64,000 nt of DNA from contig CAILDB010000014.1 in the NCBI GenBank assembly GCA_903832855.1, forward strand, positions 128,144 to 192,143. Direction: 5' to 3'. A model generated the notes under the pieces. That model worked only from the letters and a program-made list of their open reading frames with translations. It was not told where the DNA came from and did no database searches. This document shows positions 51,249 to 62,162 of the stretch, in pieces; the stretch's first letter is position 1; the number at the start of each line of letters is the position of its first letter. A program made the position numbers and the translations under genes. The stretch is from an uncultured bacterium. Lineage in GTDB: Bacteria; Patescibacteriota; Minisyncoccia; Phycocordibacterales; GWA1-40-21.

Positions 51249-52447
51249 TTATTTTTTAAGCCAAAAAATTATTTTTTCATTTATTTTCTTAAGCAAGAAT
51301 TTAATTCTAAAAGATGAAATAAATCTGCTTATTTTGTTAGGAAACGGATTTTTTATTACTTCTTCATATATTTTTTCTATATTTTTTATTTGATTTTTTA
51401 ATTCATATTTTTCTTGGAATCTCTGGAGTGATTTTTCTTTTCTATATTTCAGATAATTATTATTAGTCAGTATTTTTTAAGTTCACCTGCATATTCAATT
51501 TCATTTTTCACAACCATACCAGCCTCACCTATACATTCTATATGACCATTATTAATTGACGATATATGACTAATAATTGGTAAACCAAAAAACATAGCTT
51601 CTGCTATCGCTGTGGAGTTTACCTCGCCATCTTTTCTTCCATGAGCGTAAACATTTAATGTCTGCAGAAAATCATATATATCTTGCGGTTTCCCAGAATG
51701 TGGGATTTGTTTAAAATTTTTAATTTCTAATTTTTTTGCTTGTTCAGAATAAAGGTTACTTCCTCCCATTATTAGGAATTCTGTCTTTTCTGTTTCATTT
51801 TTTTTGTATGCTTCTAAGGGGAGAGGCGAGAAGATGTTGTCATCAATTCTTTGGTGAAAACCAAAAATAAATTTTTCATTTAGATTTAATTTATTTCTTA
51901 AGTTATTTTTAATCGGATCTATTTCCATTGGCTGAGAAACAATAACAACCCTTTTTCTATCTCCACCCATTTTTATCCATTTATCAGAACTCCATTTTGT
52001 TATGTGCATTACCCTAGAGATATTGTATTGATTATCTACTCCTGCAGATAAATGAAGACTATCAATAATCGGAGTTCTTTTAATTTTGTAAAAAGGATAT
52101 TCCGGATGGCCAGCTCTTCCTGTCTGAATAATATCATACTTATTTTCATCAAATTTTTGCCAGAAATTTGTATTTACCCAATCATGCGTTCTCTTTGTTA
52201 TATCTTTTGTTTCAACACTAAATTTAATCAAATTTACATCATGTTTTTCCATGTAGGTTTTCCTGTTCAAATCTGTATCGGCGTGTTTGTAATTTGATCC
52301 AATATATGGGGCCGAATCACAATAAAAATAAGTCACTTCAAAATTCTCTTTTGAAAGATTAGCGGCGATCGTTTGAAGGAATTTTTCTGTTCCTCCTGCC
52401 GAGAGGCCTCCAAATTTTATAAAAGCTATTTTTATTTTTTTATCCAT
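51249..52447 (-). pseudogene. GT4 glycosyltransferase, frameshifted near the C-terminus
   Basis: GGTEK, AIAEAM; adding one A at the A6 tract (51473-51478) restores about 75 further codons. Confidence 0.7.
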
Positions 52448-53394
52448 TTAATATACTTATTTTTTATAACATTTCTTACATTATTTAGTTTAATTAACCA
52501 ATCAGGAAATTTTTTAGGATTTGGTTTCCTTTCCATTCTTTTTATAAATTCCTCATTTAATTCTTTGATATCCCAAATATCTAGCCCTTCAAAAAAACCT
52601 ATCCCATATTTATTAAACCAATCAATTATTTCTTTTAATTTACTATCATCCTGTGCGTTCGTAATTTTTTCTTCATCTATATCTAATCCATTAAACCAAT
52701 CTTTCTTCGTTTCGCTCACCCTAATACCTTGTTTTTCTTTAGAAACTAAATATCTTAGATTTATTTTTCGGACATCATTATTGTTGATTAATTCTGAACA
52801 TCTGTACCATGCCTGTTTCATTTGTGCTTTTTCAAATGCGACAAACTGAAAGTGTAATAGTGGAGTAAAAACTAAGTAATTATCAGTCGGGTAGAGATCT
52901 GGTATTCTTGATGTGTGGTCATTTATTATATAAATTTTTTTGTATTCATTTTTTCTATCATCCCAAAATGCTATTTTTTTCTGATTATTTTTCCAGGGGT
53001 TGTCTATTCTATATTTTCTAACACTTTTCCACAACTGTATCCAATTAAAACTGAAAGTATCACCTATTTTGGCTTTTCCAGAATTTATCGATTCATTTAT
53101 TTCTTTAAAAGCTGATGGAGGTAAAAGCTCGTCGGCGTCAAGACAAATAATTAAATTATTTCCATCTATTTTTCTGGCTTCGTCTAGGAGTAACCATCTT
53201 ATTTTATTACTGTGACTTTCGAAAGAGTTGTTGATTACCTTAACCTTAGGAAATTGTTTGCAGATTTCTAAACTTCTATCCGTCGATCTTTGGTCAGCGA
53301 TGATTATAAAATCTACCATCGATGAAATGTTTTTAAGCGTTTGCTCTAATATCCATTCCTCATTTTTTATTGGAATCAAAACTATTGTTTTCAT
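52432..53394 (-). CDS. Glycosyltransferase family 2
   Basis: IKNEE, STDRS, LDADE. Confidence 0.85.
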   Translation of the reverse strand: MKTIVLIPIKNEEWILEQTLKNISSMVDFIIIADQRSTDRSLEICKQFPKVKVINNSFESHSNKIRWLLLDEARKIDGNNLIICLDADELLPPSAFKEINESINSGKAKIGDTFSFNWIQLWKSVRKYRIDNPWKNNQKKIAFWDDRKNEYKKIYIINDHTSRIPDLYPTDNYLVFTPLLHFQFVAFEKAQMKQAWYRCSELINNNDVRKINLRYLVSKEKQGIRVSETKKDWFNGLDIDEEKITNAQDDSKLKEIIDWFNKYGIGFFEGLDIWDIKELNEEFIKRMERKPNPKKFPDWLIKLNNVRNVIKNKYIKWIKK

Positions 53395-53396
53395 AA

Positions 53397-54095
53397 CTAT
53401 TTGATTATTCTGTTATTTTCTTCTGCTTGTAGTTTATTTTTACTTCCACTTAAACCTGTACCATCATTTGTAAAAATACCAGCAGTATTCTTTCCTAATG
53501 TAAATTTTATATTATTTTTTGCTGCCCTTGTTAGCCATTCAAAATCTCCTGCAATCTTAAAACTTGAATCAAAGTAACCGATTTTATTAAAAACATCTTT
53601 TTTAACCATAAAAAATGGTCCGCAGTGCATTTCTCTAGAAAATTTATCTTTATCAAATTCTAATGGCCTTATAACTACTGATTTTGCAAGTATGGGTATA
53701 TTAAATATTTTTACATATCTCTTATATCTGAAAGGAAAGTAAACTATTTCTGCCCCATTTTTTATTTCTTCTATTCCTTCAGTAATAGCTTCTGAAAATC
53801 GGTTATCATCAACATTCCAAAATGTAATTATTTGGTATTGAGCCTCACGAACTCCGCGATTCCATGTGGCATATAGAGACTCTCGTTCGCAAAAGATTAT
53901 TCGTGAAAGTAACCTATCATTATGCTCTAATTTTTTTAGTATAATTTTTTCTGTATCATTTGAGGCGTTTGAGATTATAAGAAATTCATGTTTAACTTTT
54001 TTTTTGGTAAATTCTATCGAGACACTTTCTGCATACTTTAAGAAGGCGCCGAGATATTTATCTGAATTATATAATGAGGTTATAATACTAATCAT
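53397..54095 (-). CDS. Glycosyltransferase family 2
   Basis: MISIITSLYN, WNRG, NVDD, AGDFEW. Confidence 0.85.
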   Translation of the reverse strand: MISIITSLYNSDKYLGAFLKYAESVSIEFTKKKVKHEFLIISNASNDTEKIILKKLEHNDRLLSRIIFCERESLYATWNRGVREAQYQIITFWNVDDNRFSEAITEGIEEIKNGAEIVYFPFRYKRYVKIFNIPILAKSVVIRPLEFDKDKFSREMHCGPFFMVKKDVFNKIGYFDSSFKIAGDFEWLTRAAKNNIKFTLGKNTAGIFTNDGTGLSGSKNKLQAEENNRIIK

Positions 54096-54997
54096 GTTTT
54101 TATAATAATTTTTGATTTTATCACATTTGAGATATTTTTCATAATAATGAAAATGAACAAAAATAGGCGATTTATATGTATATACCAACCGTAGGGTTTT
54201 TTATGTAGAAATTTAGGATTTATAAAATCTAATTTTTTATAATTCATTCGTATATTCCAAATAAATTGTTGAGGATTATCTTCGTATTTTCCAGAAAATA
54301 ATTCAATCGGTTCAATTTTTAGATACGGTATTTCTTTTTGTAACAATATACTAAGAAGTGTCGTATCATGACGAAATATTTTGCATTCACGTGTAATGGG
54401 TGTTTTGTTAACCCCCTTGCTCTTCCAAAGATCTATTTTTGAAAATCCTAGGCAAAGTCCTTCAATACCATATGCATAAATTTTTTCTGTGATAGGAGAA
54501 ATGCTTGAATTTCTTTTAAACCCAAAGATACCAGCCGCAATAACATTACTTGAAAGTTGACTGCTTGTAAGTTTAAAACGCTCAATATATTCATCGGGTG
54601 TTATGTCTGATATATTAACTTCAGTTCCTTGACTAACAGCAAGATAGTCTTGGGTGCTTATTTTTTCAAATAATCTGTCAAGAGGACGAAGTATTTGACA
54701 CCCAGCGTCTAAATAAAAATTAAGCTCAGTAATCGGTGTATTTAGAATATACGTTTTCCATGTATAACAAGATCTCCAATGATCAACAAAGTGGGGTATA
54801 TTCATAATATGTACCCAAGGTATTTTCTCTAATTCTTTTTTAAAAGTAAGAAATAAACCAAGATTATAAACATAGATATCCGGGTGACCAGGATAATTTT
54901 TTTCAATAGATCCTAATAGATTTAGTAATAATGGGAAAAATTTATTTGATGCTGATGTTATAATGCATTCAGAGTAATTACTTGAGTATTTTTTCAT
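54092..54997 (-). CDS. Putative GT-A fold glycosyltransferase
   Basis: YNLGL, YTWK, YLDAG, RHD. Confidence 0.6.
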   Translation of the reverse strand: MKKYSSNYSECIITSASNKFFPLLLNLLGSIEKNYPGHPDIYVYNLGLFLTFKKELEKIPWVHIMNIPHFVDHWRSCYTWKTYILNTPITELNFYLDAGCQILRPLDRLFEKISTQDYLAVSQGTEVNISDITPDEYIERFKLTSSQLSSNVIAAGIFGFKRNSSISPITEKIYAYGIEGLCLGFSKIDLWKSKGVNKTPITRECKIFRHDTTLLSILLQKEIPYLKIEPIELFSGKYEDNPQQFIWNIRMNYKKLDFINPKFLHKKPYGWYIHINRLFLFIFIIMKNISNVIKSKIIIKT

Positions 54998-55835
54998 ATA
55001 TTTTTTTGTTCCAATAATCCTGGAATATTATTTCACTATTTAATCCTGGCTTTTTTTCTAGGTATATTTTCTCAAGTTCTTTTTCCGAAAAAGAATTTAT
55101 TTCTTTCCAATCATTTATAATTAGCAAAGGTATCCCGGTTTTTTCCATATATTCGGACCAAGGATTTTTTTTGATGATCGGTATTATTCCGAGATATAAG
55201 GCTTCCCATGTGCGGTGACAATCTAGGCCTCTGCCTTGTGGGGATATTATGAATTTGTAATTTTTTATTTTTTTTAAATAATCTCTTTTGTTTAAACCAA
55301 TTATTTCATCGCAAATCGGACTATTTTTCAGGATTTTATCCAGAAGTATTCTTTCCTCGTGGCTGTTTTTAGAGAAACCCCAAACTATTTTGTTTATTTT
55401 AGGATCATCGGCGTATTTTAAAAGGTCTCTATTATTATAGCTTTTACATAAATTGTCTATACCTAGAGGAATCGGAGTAATTCTATCATTATTTACTAAA
55501 CAATTAAGAGCAAACCAATGTATTATATTTTTCCCCACTTTATCTTTGTATTTTTCAGTAACGTTTGTATCGTCGTTGTGACTGATAAGAATAAAAGGAT
55601 TTTCTATTTTGGAATATATTTTTTCAAAAAATTCATTTAAAAAATTACCTCTAACAAACACTATATCGTTTTTAAAAACTTGTTTCGGATTGAAATCAAA
55701 ATATTCGTCTAATACATGTTGAGCCATGGCCCTAAAAGAATTTCCACTGATAAAAGGAAAACTAGTAGGTTTGTGAGTTTTAAAACTTTTATTTAAAAAT
55801 CTTCGAATTTTTGTTTTTAACTCAAATAAACTCAT
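54978..55835 (-). CDS. Exostosin/GT47-like protein
   Basis: SPQGRGLDCHRTWEALYLGIIP. Confidence 0.65.
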   Translation of the reverse strand: MSLFELKTKIRRFLNKSFKTHKPTSFPFISGNSFRAMAQHVLDEYFDFNPKQVFKNDIVFVRGNFLNEFFEKIYSKIENPFILISHNDDTNVTEKYKDKVGKNIIHWFALNCLVNNDRITPIPLGIDNLCKSYNNRDLLKYADDPKINKIVWGFSKNSHEERILLDKILKNSPICDEIIGLNKRDYLKKIKNYKFIISPQGRGLDCHRTWEALYLGIIPIIKKNPWSEYMEKTGIPLLIINDWKEINSFSEKELEKIYLEKKPGLNSEIIFQDYWNKKIYEKILK

Positions 55836-57178
55836 TTTTTAAAAATATTTACGATTATTTTTCTTGATTGTTTGAATAGAATTAGGGATCCAAATGGAAT
55901 TAAGTATGAAATCAGACTTGCAAAGGCTGCCCCAGCCATTCCGTATTTTGGTATTAAGAAAATGTTTAATACTATATTAGTTATCATTCCGAGGAATGTA
56001 GTCATAGATATTATTTTTGTAAGATTTTCTGCCACTAATATTTGCTGGGCAAGCATATTTAAAGCTGCCCCTATGTTACTCCATACATATATTTGTAAGA
56101 CAGTCAGTGCTCCCAAAAAACCAGTGCCGAATATTATCGTTATTAAATATTTTGATAATATTGTGGTTGGCAGTGCAGTGATCAACGATACAAAGATTAG
56201 CACCCAAAATAGTTTTTTAATTCTTTTATAGTAAAGCGCCTCGGATGTTTTTTTTGCATTTATAATTGTAGGAAAAAGTGCGCCGGCAATAATATTTGGA
56301 ATAAAATACCAAACCTCTGATATTGCAACGGCTGAACCATAAAGCCCAACGGATTCTGCGTTCATCATATTTTTTATCATGACTTGGTCAATTCTTGCAT
56401 ATATTGCAAAAAATGCGGATGCAAAAATCAAAGGAAAAGAATCTTTTAAAATCGAGCGAGCGATTGGTCCATCAAATTTCCAATATTTTACTGTTCCAAA
56501 TTTTTTTATTCTAAAATATATGAAGCCGACGGCATAAAGTATCGGTTCAAGTAAGACAATTAATGCAAGGTATATGACACCCTTGCCATAAAAAATTACC
56601 ACAATTTTTAATATGTTTAAGATTAAGACTACGATTAAGGAAACAATAGATGGATACTTTGCTTTTACTTCCGCCTGGAATTCATAGTTTAGTAATTGAA
56701 AAGAACTAAACACAAAAGCTAAGCTGACAATAAAAATTAAAAGTAAAGAAACATCTTTTGGTGAAAAAATAAGCGCGGATGATATACAGATTATTATCGT
56801 GGCGATAGAAGCAATTATTCTGAGAGTTAAAGCAGTACCCATATATTCATTTCTTTTTTCCGGATATTTTATTAAATCTCTATACAGTATCTGATCTATA
56901 CCAAGGGCTGCCAAAAAACCAAATAGCCCGGTGAAACTTAAGGCATAACTAAGTTCTCCATAATTCATTGGACCTAGATTTCTAGCAATGTAAGCCATGG
57001 CAATGAAAGTGATTACCATACTTGCGATTTTTGCGGTAAATATCCATCCTATATTCTTTGAATGTTTCTGTACTCCAGGATGGCGGGCCTTTTCCTTCAA
57101 ATATGTCCAAAAAGTACGCCAATTGGTCAAATAATCAAGAATCGTCGGATTTGTTTGCTCTTGTTTTTCCATCTCCAT
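55832..57178 (-). CDS. wzx: Polysaccharide flippase
   Basis: ARNLGP..YG, RIDQVMI, multi-TM. Confidence 0.85.
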   Translation of the reverse strand: MEMEKQEQTNPTILDYLTNWRTFWTYLKEKARHPGVQKHSKNIGWIFTAKIASMVITFIAMAYIARNLGPMNYGELSYALSFTGLFGFLAALGIDQILYRDLIKYPEKRNEYMGTALTLRIIASIATIIICISSALIFSPKDVSLLLIFIVSLAFVFSSFQLLNYEFQAEVKAKYPSIVSLIVVLILNILKIVVIFYGKGVIYLALIVLLEPILYAVGFIYFRIKKFGTVKYWKFDGPIARSILKDSFPLIFASAFFAIYARIDQVMIKNMMNAESVGLYGSAVAISEVWYFIPNIIAGALFPTIINAKKTSEALYYKRIKKLFWVLIFVSLITALPTTILSKYLITIIFGTGFLGALTVLQIYVWSNIGAALNMLAQQILVAENLTKIISMTTFLGMITNIVLNIFLIPKYGMAGAAFASLISYLIPFGSLILFKQSRKIIVNIFKK

Positions 57179-57279
57179 AATTCTGAATATCTTATCATAT
57201 TTGTGCTATAATACTACTTTCACTGGATTTTAAAAGTTTTTTGTTATAGATTATTGATATTATTATTAATTAAGAATAT

Positions 57280-59523
57280 ATGAATATTAAACAAATATTG
57301 AAGTGGGGTATCATTGTAGGACTTTTTGCGACGCTTATTGTGCCGTTTATCGTGTCGAATGGAATGTATTTTCCTTTTATAGTTGGTAAGGCGTTTGCAT
57401 TCAGAATCATTATAGAAATTATTTTTGCTCTTTGGCTTATTCTTATTTTTAAGGACAAGGAGGCAAGACCAAAATTTTCTTGGGTAGCACTTCTAGCAAT
57501 ACTTTTTGTTGTTGTGATGTTTATTGCGGATATCCTAGGGGTTGCTCCATCGAAATCTCTCTGGAGTAATTTTGAAAGAATGGATGGATGGGTGACACTC
57601 ATTCATCTTCTTATGTATTTTGTTGTCTTTGCTTCTGTAATTAAAGAAGATGTCTTGTATTGGTTTTTGAGGGCATCTGTAGGACTTAGTGCAGTTATGA
57701 CAGTAATGGCTTTTGCTGACATCAGCAATGGCATTTATCGCGTTTCTGGGCCACTTGGTAATCCTATTTATATTTCAATTTATTTTCTTTTTAACTTTTT
57801 CTTTATTTTAATTCTTTTGTATAAAGATGTTTTGCTAAAATGTTTGGAAAATGGAAAGATTATCGCTCAAAAATTTTTCAGTAATTGGTTACTTTATGTT
57901 TATTCCATCTTGGCTATTGTTCTTGCATATCTTATTTATACGACATCAAGGGGTGTTATTTTGGGATTGGGAGTTGGATTGCTGATTTCGGCCTTACTTG
58001 TAGCAATTTTTGAGAAGAACAATCTTCTTCTAAGAAAAATTTCTGCAGTTGTTTTTGCTGTGATACTTATATTCGGTTTTGCTTATTCGTGTTTTGTGTT
58101 TAGAGACACCGCACCATATCAGGCAATTGGACTTGGAAAAGTTGCACAAAAAATTGTGAATTCGGATTTTATAAAAAATCACGGAACTATTGAGAGATTG
58201 TTATCAATTTCTTTGACCGATCTTAATGGTCAAGCAAGACAACTTGTCTGGCCAATGGCGATAAAGGGCGAGATTGAGAGACCAATTCTTGGCTGGGGTC
58301 AGGAAAATTTTAACTATGTTTTCAACAAATATTACGATCCGAAAATGTATTCCCAAGAGCAATGGTTTGATAGAGCACACAATATGCCACTCGATATGCT
58401 CGTCGCCGGAGGACTTTTAGGATTTCTACTTTATCTTGGGCTTTATTTTGCTTGTCTTTATGAACTTTGGAGAAAAGGCGACAGATTGTCTGTGATTGAG
58501 AAGGCGATTATTACAGGGCTTCTTGCAGGATATTTTTTCCAAAGTTTGTTTGTCTTTGATAATAATGTAAGTTTTATTTTATTCTTTACAGTTCTTGGTA
58601 TTGTACATATTTATTCCGGAAGACAAAAAAGTGGGGAGGGAACAAATATGCAAAAGGTTTCTGTCTGGATGGATGAAACTGGCAAAAATGATGAAGCTGT
58701 AAATTACATTGTCTTACCGATTGTGATAATAGCTTTGGGCGCTTCTTTATATTTTGTAAATATTAAACCAATACAGACAAACCTCAATCTAATTTCTGCC
58801 GTGCAAACGCAAAATCAATATCCAGATTTAAGTTACAACTTTTTTCAAAAAGCTGTCTCAAATGGATTTCTAGGTTTACCTGAAGTCAGAGAAAGATTAC
58901 TAGAAAGTGCGCCTGCGGTATATCGTGGTACAGTTGCGACTCAAGATCTGAAAAATAAATTTGTCGACCTTGCATATATTCAAATAAAAGAACAAGTTCT
59001 TGGTAAAGAAGTTCCAGCTGGAAGTGGTAAGTTTGTTGGCGGATATCCAAACGATGCAAGGTATCAGGAATTTTTCGGATCTTTCTTATCTAATTTGGGC
59101 GATTTCAATCAAGCATTAATATATCTATTGAATGCAGAGAAACTTTCTCCAGCAAAACAAGCATTCAAGACGGCGCTTGTAAATGCGTATCTTAACCTCG
59201 GACAAATAGATAACGTGGTTAAGGAAGCAAAAGAATCATATGAATTAGAAACAAGTTATCCGGAAACAAAAATAATTTATGGCGTAGCACTCATCTTTGC
59301 GCAGGATCAGAAAACTTTTGATGCACTTTGGGGCAATGCTACGACAAGTGATCAAAGAATTCCCTCTGCATATATGGCAATTGCAAAAGGATATTATGAA
59401 AAAGGAGTGATTTCCACTGCAGTTAATTTATTGAGAAAAGGTGAAAAAATAAATCCAAACATGACGACCCAATTAGAAGGGATGATAAGTTCAATTTATA
59501 AAGGGATAAACCCATTTAAATAA
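57280..59523 (+). CDS. O-antigen ligase family protein with TPR-like tail
   Basis: GNP, SRG, RPILGWG, RAHN; multi-TM. Confidence 0.85.
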   Translation: MNIKQILKWGIIVGLFATLIVPFIVSNGMYFPFIVGKAFAFRIIIEIIFALWLILIFKDKEARPKFSWVALLAILFVVVMFIADILGVAPSKSLWSNFERMDGWVTLIHLLMYFVVFASVIKEDVLYWFLRASVGLSAVMTVMAFADISNGIYRVSGPLGNPIYISIYFLFNFFFILILLYKDVLLKCLENGKIIAQKFFSNWLLYVYSILAIVLAYLIYTTSRGVILGLGVGLLISALLVAIFEKNNLLLRKISAVVFAVILIFGFAYSCFVFRDTAPYQAIGLGKVAQKIVNSDFIKNHGTIERLLSISLTDLNGQARQLVWPMAIKGEIERPILGWGQENFNYVFNKYYDPKMYSQEQWFDRAHNMPLDMLVAGGLLGFLLYLGLYFACLYELWRKGDRLSVIEKAIITGLLAGYFFQSLFVFDNNVSFILFFTVLGIVHIYSGRQKSGEGTNMQKVSVWMDETGKNDEAVNYIVLPIVIIALGASLYFVNIKPIQTNLNLISAVQTQNQYPDLSYNFFQKAVSNGFLGLPEVRERLLESAPAVYRGTVATQDLKNKFVDLAYIQIKEQVLGKEVPAGSGKFVGGYPNDARYQEFFGSFLSNLGDFNQALIYLLNAEKLSPAKQAFKTALVNAYLNLGQIDNVVKEAKESYELETSYPETKIIYGVALIFAQDQKTFDALWGNATTSDQRIPSAYMAIAKGYYEKGVISTAVNLLRKGEKINPNMTTQLEGMISSIYKGINPFK

Positions 59524-59570
59524 TCCCAGTAGTAAAGAAATAAGAATTTCTTACTACAGGACAAGAAAAT

Positions 59571-60575
59571 ATGAAAACATTAAATATAAAAAAACAAAAG
59601 ACAGCTTTAGTTTGTGGAGCAGGGGGTTTTATTGGAAGTCATCTCGTAAGAAAATTAAAAAAAGAAGGATTTTGGGTGCGTGGTGTTGATCTCAAAAAAC
59701 CAGAATTCAGTAAAACCGAAGTGGATGAATTTGTAGTAGCAGATTTGAGAGAACAATCTGTATGTAAAAAAATACTAGACCGAGCGTTTGACGAAGTCTA
59801 TCAGCTTGCTGCTGATATGGGCGGAGCTGGATATATTTTTACTGGTGAACATGACGCAGATGTGATGCATAATTCTGCGACAATTAACCTAAATATTTCT
59901 TATTATGGTCAAAAAGCCGGAATAAAAAAGATATTTTATTCTTCATCGGCCTGTATTTATCCAGCTTACAATCAATTAGAAGCAAATAACCCAAATTGTT
60001 CGGAGGCTTCCGCTTATCCCGCAGAGCCAGATAGTGAATATGGATGGGAAAAGTTATTTAGTGAAAGATTGTATCTTTCTTTTATGCGCAACTACGGACT
60101 TAATGTTCGTATTGCTAGATTTCATAATATATTTGGACCCGAAGGTACATGGAGAGGTGGCAGAGAAAAAGCTCCAGCTGCTATGAGTCGCAAGGTCGCA
60201 GAAACAAAAAATGGTGGGACTATTGAAATATGGGGAGATGGTAAACAGACGAGATCATTTTTATACATTGATGAATGTTTGGAAGGAGTCAGAAGATTAA
60301 TGAATTCAGATTTCACTGGACCAGTAAATATTGGATCTGATGAAATGATTGCGATAAACGATCTTGCAAAAATGGCTATGGAGATTGCGGGTAAAAAAAT
60401 TAATATTAAACATATAAAAGGCCCACTCGGAGTAAGAGGAAGGAATTCCGACAATCATTTAATTAAAGCTAAACTTGGTTGGGCACCTAGTGCATCTCTT
60501 AAAGAAGGTATGAAAAAAACATATTTGTGGATTGAACAGCAAGTGGAAAAGAGTGCTAATAAAAAGACTAAATAA
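59571..60575 (+). CDS. NAD-dependent epimerase, GDP-mannose 3,5-epimerase-like
   Basis: GAGGFIG, LAADMGG, SSACIYP, YGWEK, REKAPAA, GVRGRNSDN. Confidence 0.85.
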   Translation: MKTLNIKKQKTALVCGAGGFIGSHLVRKLKKEGFWVRGVDLKKPEFSKTEVDEFVVADLREQSVCKKILDRAFDEVYQLAADMGGAGYIFTGEHDADVMHNSATINLNISYYGQKAGIKKIFYSSSACIYPAYNQLEANNPNCSEASAYPAEPDSEYGWEKLFSERLYLSFMRNYGLNVRIARFHNIFGPEGTWRGGREKAPAAMSRKVAETKNGGTIEIWGDGKQTRSFLYIDECLEGVRRLMNSDFTGPVNIGSDEMIAINDLAKMAMEIAGKKINIKHIKGPLGVRGRNSDNHLIKAKLGWAPSASLKEGMKKTYLWIEQQVEKSANKKTK

Positions 60576-60639
60576 AGGTATTTAATATGATTTTAAAAGG
60601 CCTATTTGCCGAAAACTTGCATTATTTTGCGAAGTATGC

Positions 60640-60719
60640 TAAGATACTTAGGTGAGTGCTAGCAATTGTTAGCCCAAACGAATGTCTGTGTAAGGCCCCA
60701 CTTCGGTGGGGTTTTGCAT
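60640..60719 (+). repeat. 80 bp direct repeat, copy 1 (candidate sRNA unit)
   Basis: 79/80 identical to 61930-62009. Confidence 0.9.
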
Positions 60720-60720
60720 T

Positions 60721-61848
60721 TTATTCTTCGTATATTCTCTTTGTGCTGTCAAACATTTTTTCTATACTAAATTTATTATTTATCGTTTCCTTCAAATTAT
60801 TTCCAAGTTTTTCTCTAAGTGTTTTATTTTTAATAAGTTCATTTATTTTTTCACTGATTTCTTCTATATTTTCTGATTCTATCAATAGTCCATTTTCCTC
60901 ATCATTGATTATCTCAGGAATCCCTCCAACTTTTGTGGCAATTACGGCTAGTCCTGCTTTACCTGCTTCAAGTAATGCATAGGGGAGTGCTTCTGATTTG
61001 GAAGTAAGAGTAAAAATATCAAATGCTTTTAGATATTTGCTTCCATCTGGAACATTTCCGACGAGTTTTATTTTTTGTTGCATTCCTAAATTATTGATGA
61101 GGTTTTGTAGATATTTTTTTCTTTCTCCTTCGCCACAAATAAAGAAAACAAAATTTTGATTTTGTATTTTAGCTAGGGCGTTTATTGTATCTTCTTGTCT
61201 TTTAATAGAGTGGAGCTCTCCAAGTGTCCCAATCCAAATTTCGTCGGAAAATTCTTGTGTCGGATCAAAAAACTTTCTGGCCTCGTCCTTATTTTTGAAA
61301 TTAATGTTGTCTATTCCATTATATATAACTACTAATTTATTTTTTATAAACGGCCAATTTGAAATTTGTTTCTTAGTGATTTCTGAGACGCAAATAGTCT
61401 TGTCGGAAAGTAAAACAGTCCACCAAGCAATTTTTTTGATAATTAGTTTTGACAAGAAATTTCTGTTTTCATTGAATGCCCAACCGTGAGCTGTAAATAT
61501 TATTTTAGAATTGTGTTTTGGAAAAATATTGCAAATTCTACCCGCGAGTGCGCCTAGGATACCCATTTTGGAACTATTTAGGTGTAGGATGTCCGGATTT
61601 TCTTTATAAATTATTTTTAGTATTTGGAAAAAACTTATAGCATCTTTTGCGATTTTTATATCTCTTCCAAACCCAATTCTTTCTGTTAGGACACCAATTT
61701 CTTCTAATTTTTCTGCAAGTTCTCCATTTCCGCCGAATAAAACTTTTATTTCGTTATCTTTGAAAAATTCTTTTGTAATATCAAAAACATACTTCTGGGC
61801 TCCTCCAAAGTTTGATTTTGTTATGCAAATTAATATTTTTTTGCTCAT
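60721..61848 (-). CDS. Glycosyltransferase family 4
   Basis: GGAQKY, TAHGW, EALPYALLEA. Confidence 0.9.
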   Translation of the reverse strand: MSKKILICITKSNFGGAQKYVFDITKEFFKDNEIKVLFGGNGELAEKLEEIGVLTERIGFGRDIKIAKDAISFFQILKIIYKENPDILHLNSSKMGILGALAGRICNIFPKHNSKIIFTAHGWAFNENRNFLSKLIIKKIAWWTVLLSDKTICVSEITKKQISNWPFIKNKLVVIYNGIDNINFKNKDEARKFFDPTQEFSDEIWIGTLGELHSIKRQEDTINALAKIQNQNFVFFICGEGERKKYLQNLINNLGMQQKIKLVGNVPDGSKYLKAFDIFTLTSKSEALPYALLEAGKAGLAVIATKVGGIPEIINDEENGLLIESENIEEISEKINELIKNKTLREKLGNNLKETINNKFSIEKMFDSTKRIYEE

Positions 61849-61929
61849 ACTATTATTAGGCAGATTATATAGGAAATTGGGCAAAATTGCGAGTATTTAT
61901 CAAGAACTTGTATTATTCCTAGGATATGG

Positions 61930-62009
61930 TAAGATACTTAAGTGAGTGCTAGCAATTGTTAGCCCAAACGAATGTCTGTGTAAGGCCCCACTTCGGTGGG
62001 GTTTTGCAT
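61930..62009 (+). repeat. 80 bp direct repeat, copy 2
   Basis: 79/80 identical to 60640-60719. Confidence 0.9.
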
Positions 62010-62162
62010 GCCCGTTTGTCCTCTATTTTCATTTTTAATATTTATTGTTATTATAAATGTCTAGTTTGTGTGAAGTCACGACTGGCGGTTGCACTCACAT
62101 TAAGACATTAGTTGGAGGTTAGCTCCCGCCAGTCATGAGTTTATGGAAACTTTTTGCTTACT

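Noticed and set aside
50478-51480. Stop-codon reassignment
   Set aside because: One lesion is TAA and the other a frameshift; conserved genes read normally with code 11.
60640-62009. CRISPR array
   Set aside because: Only two repeats 1.3 kb apart; no spacer array or cas genes in the window.
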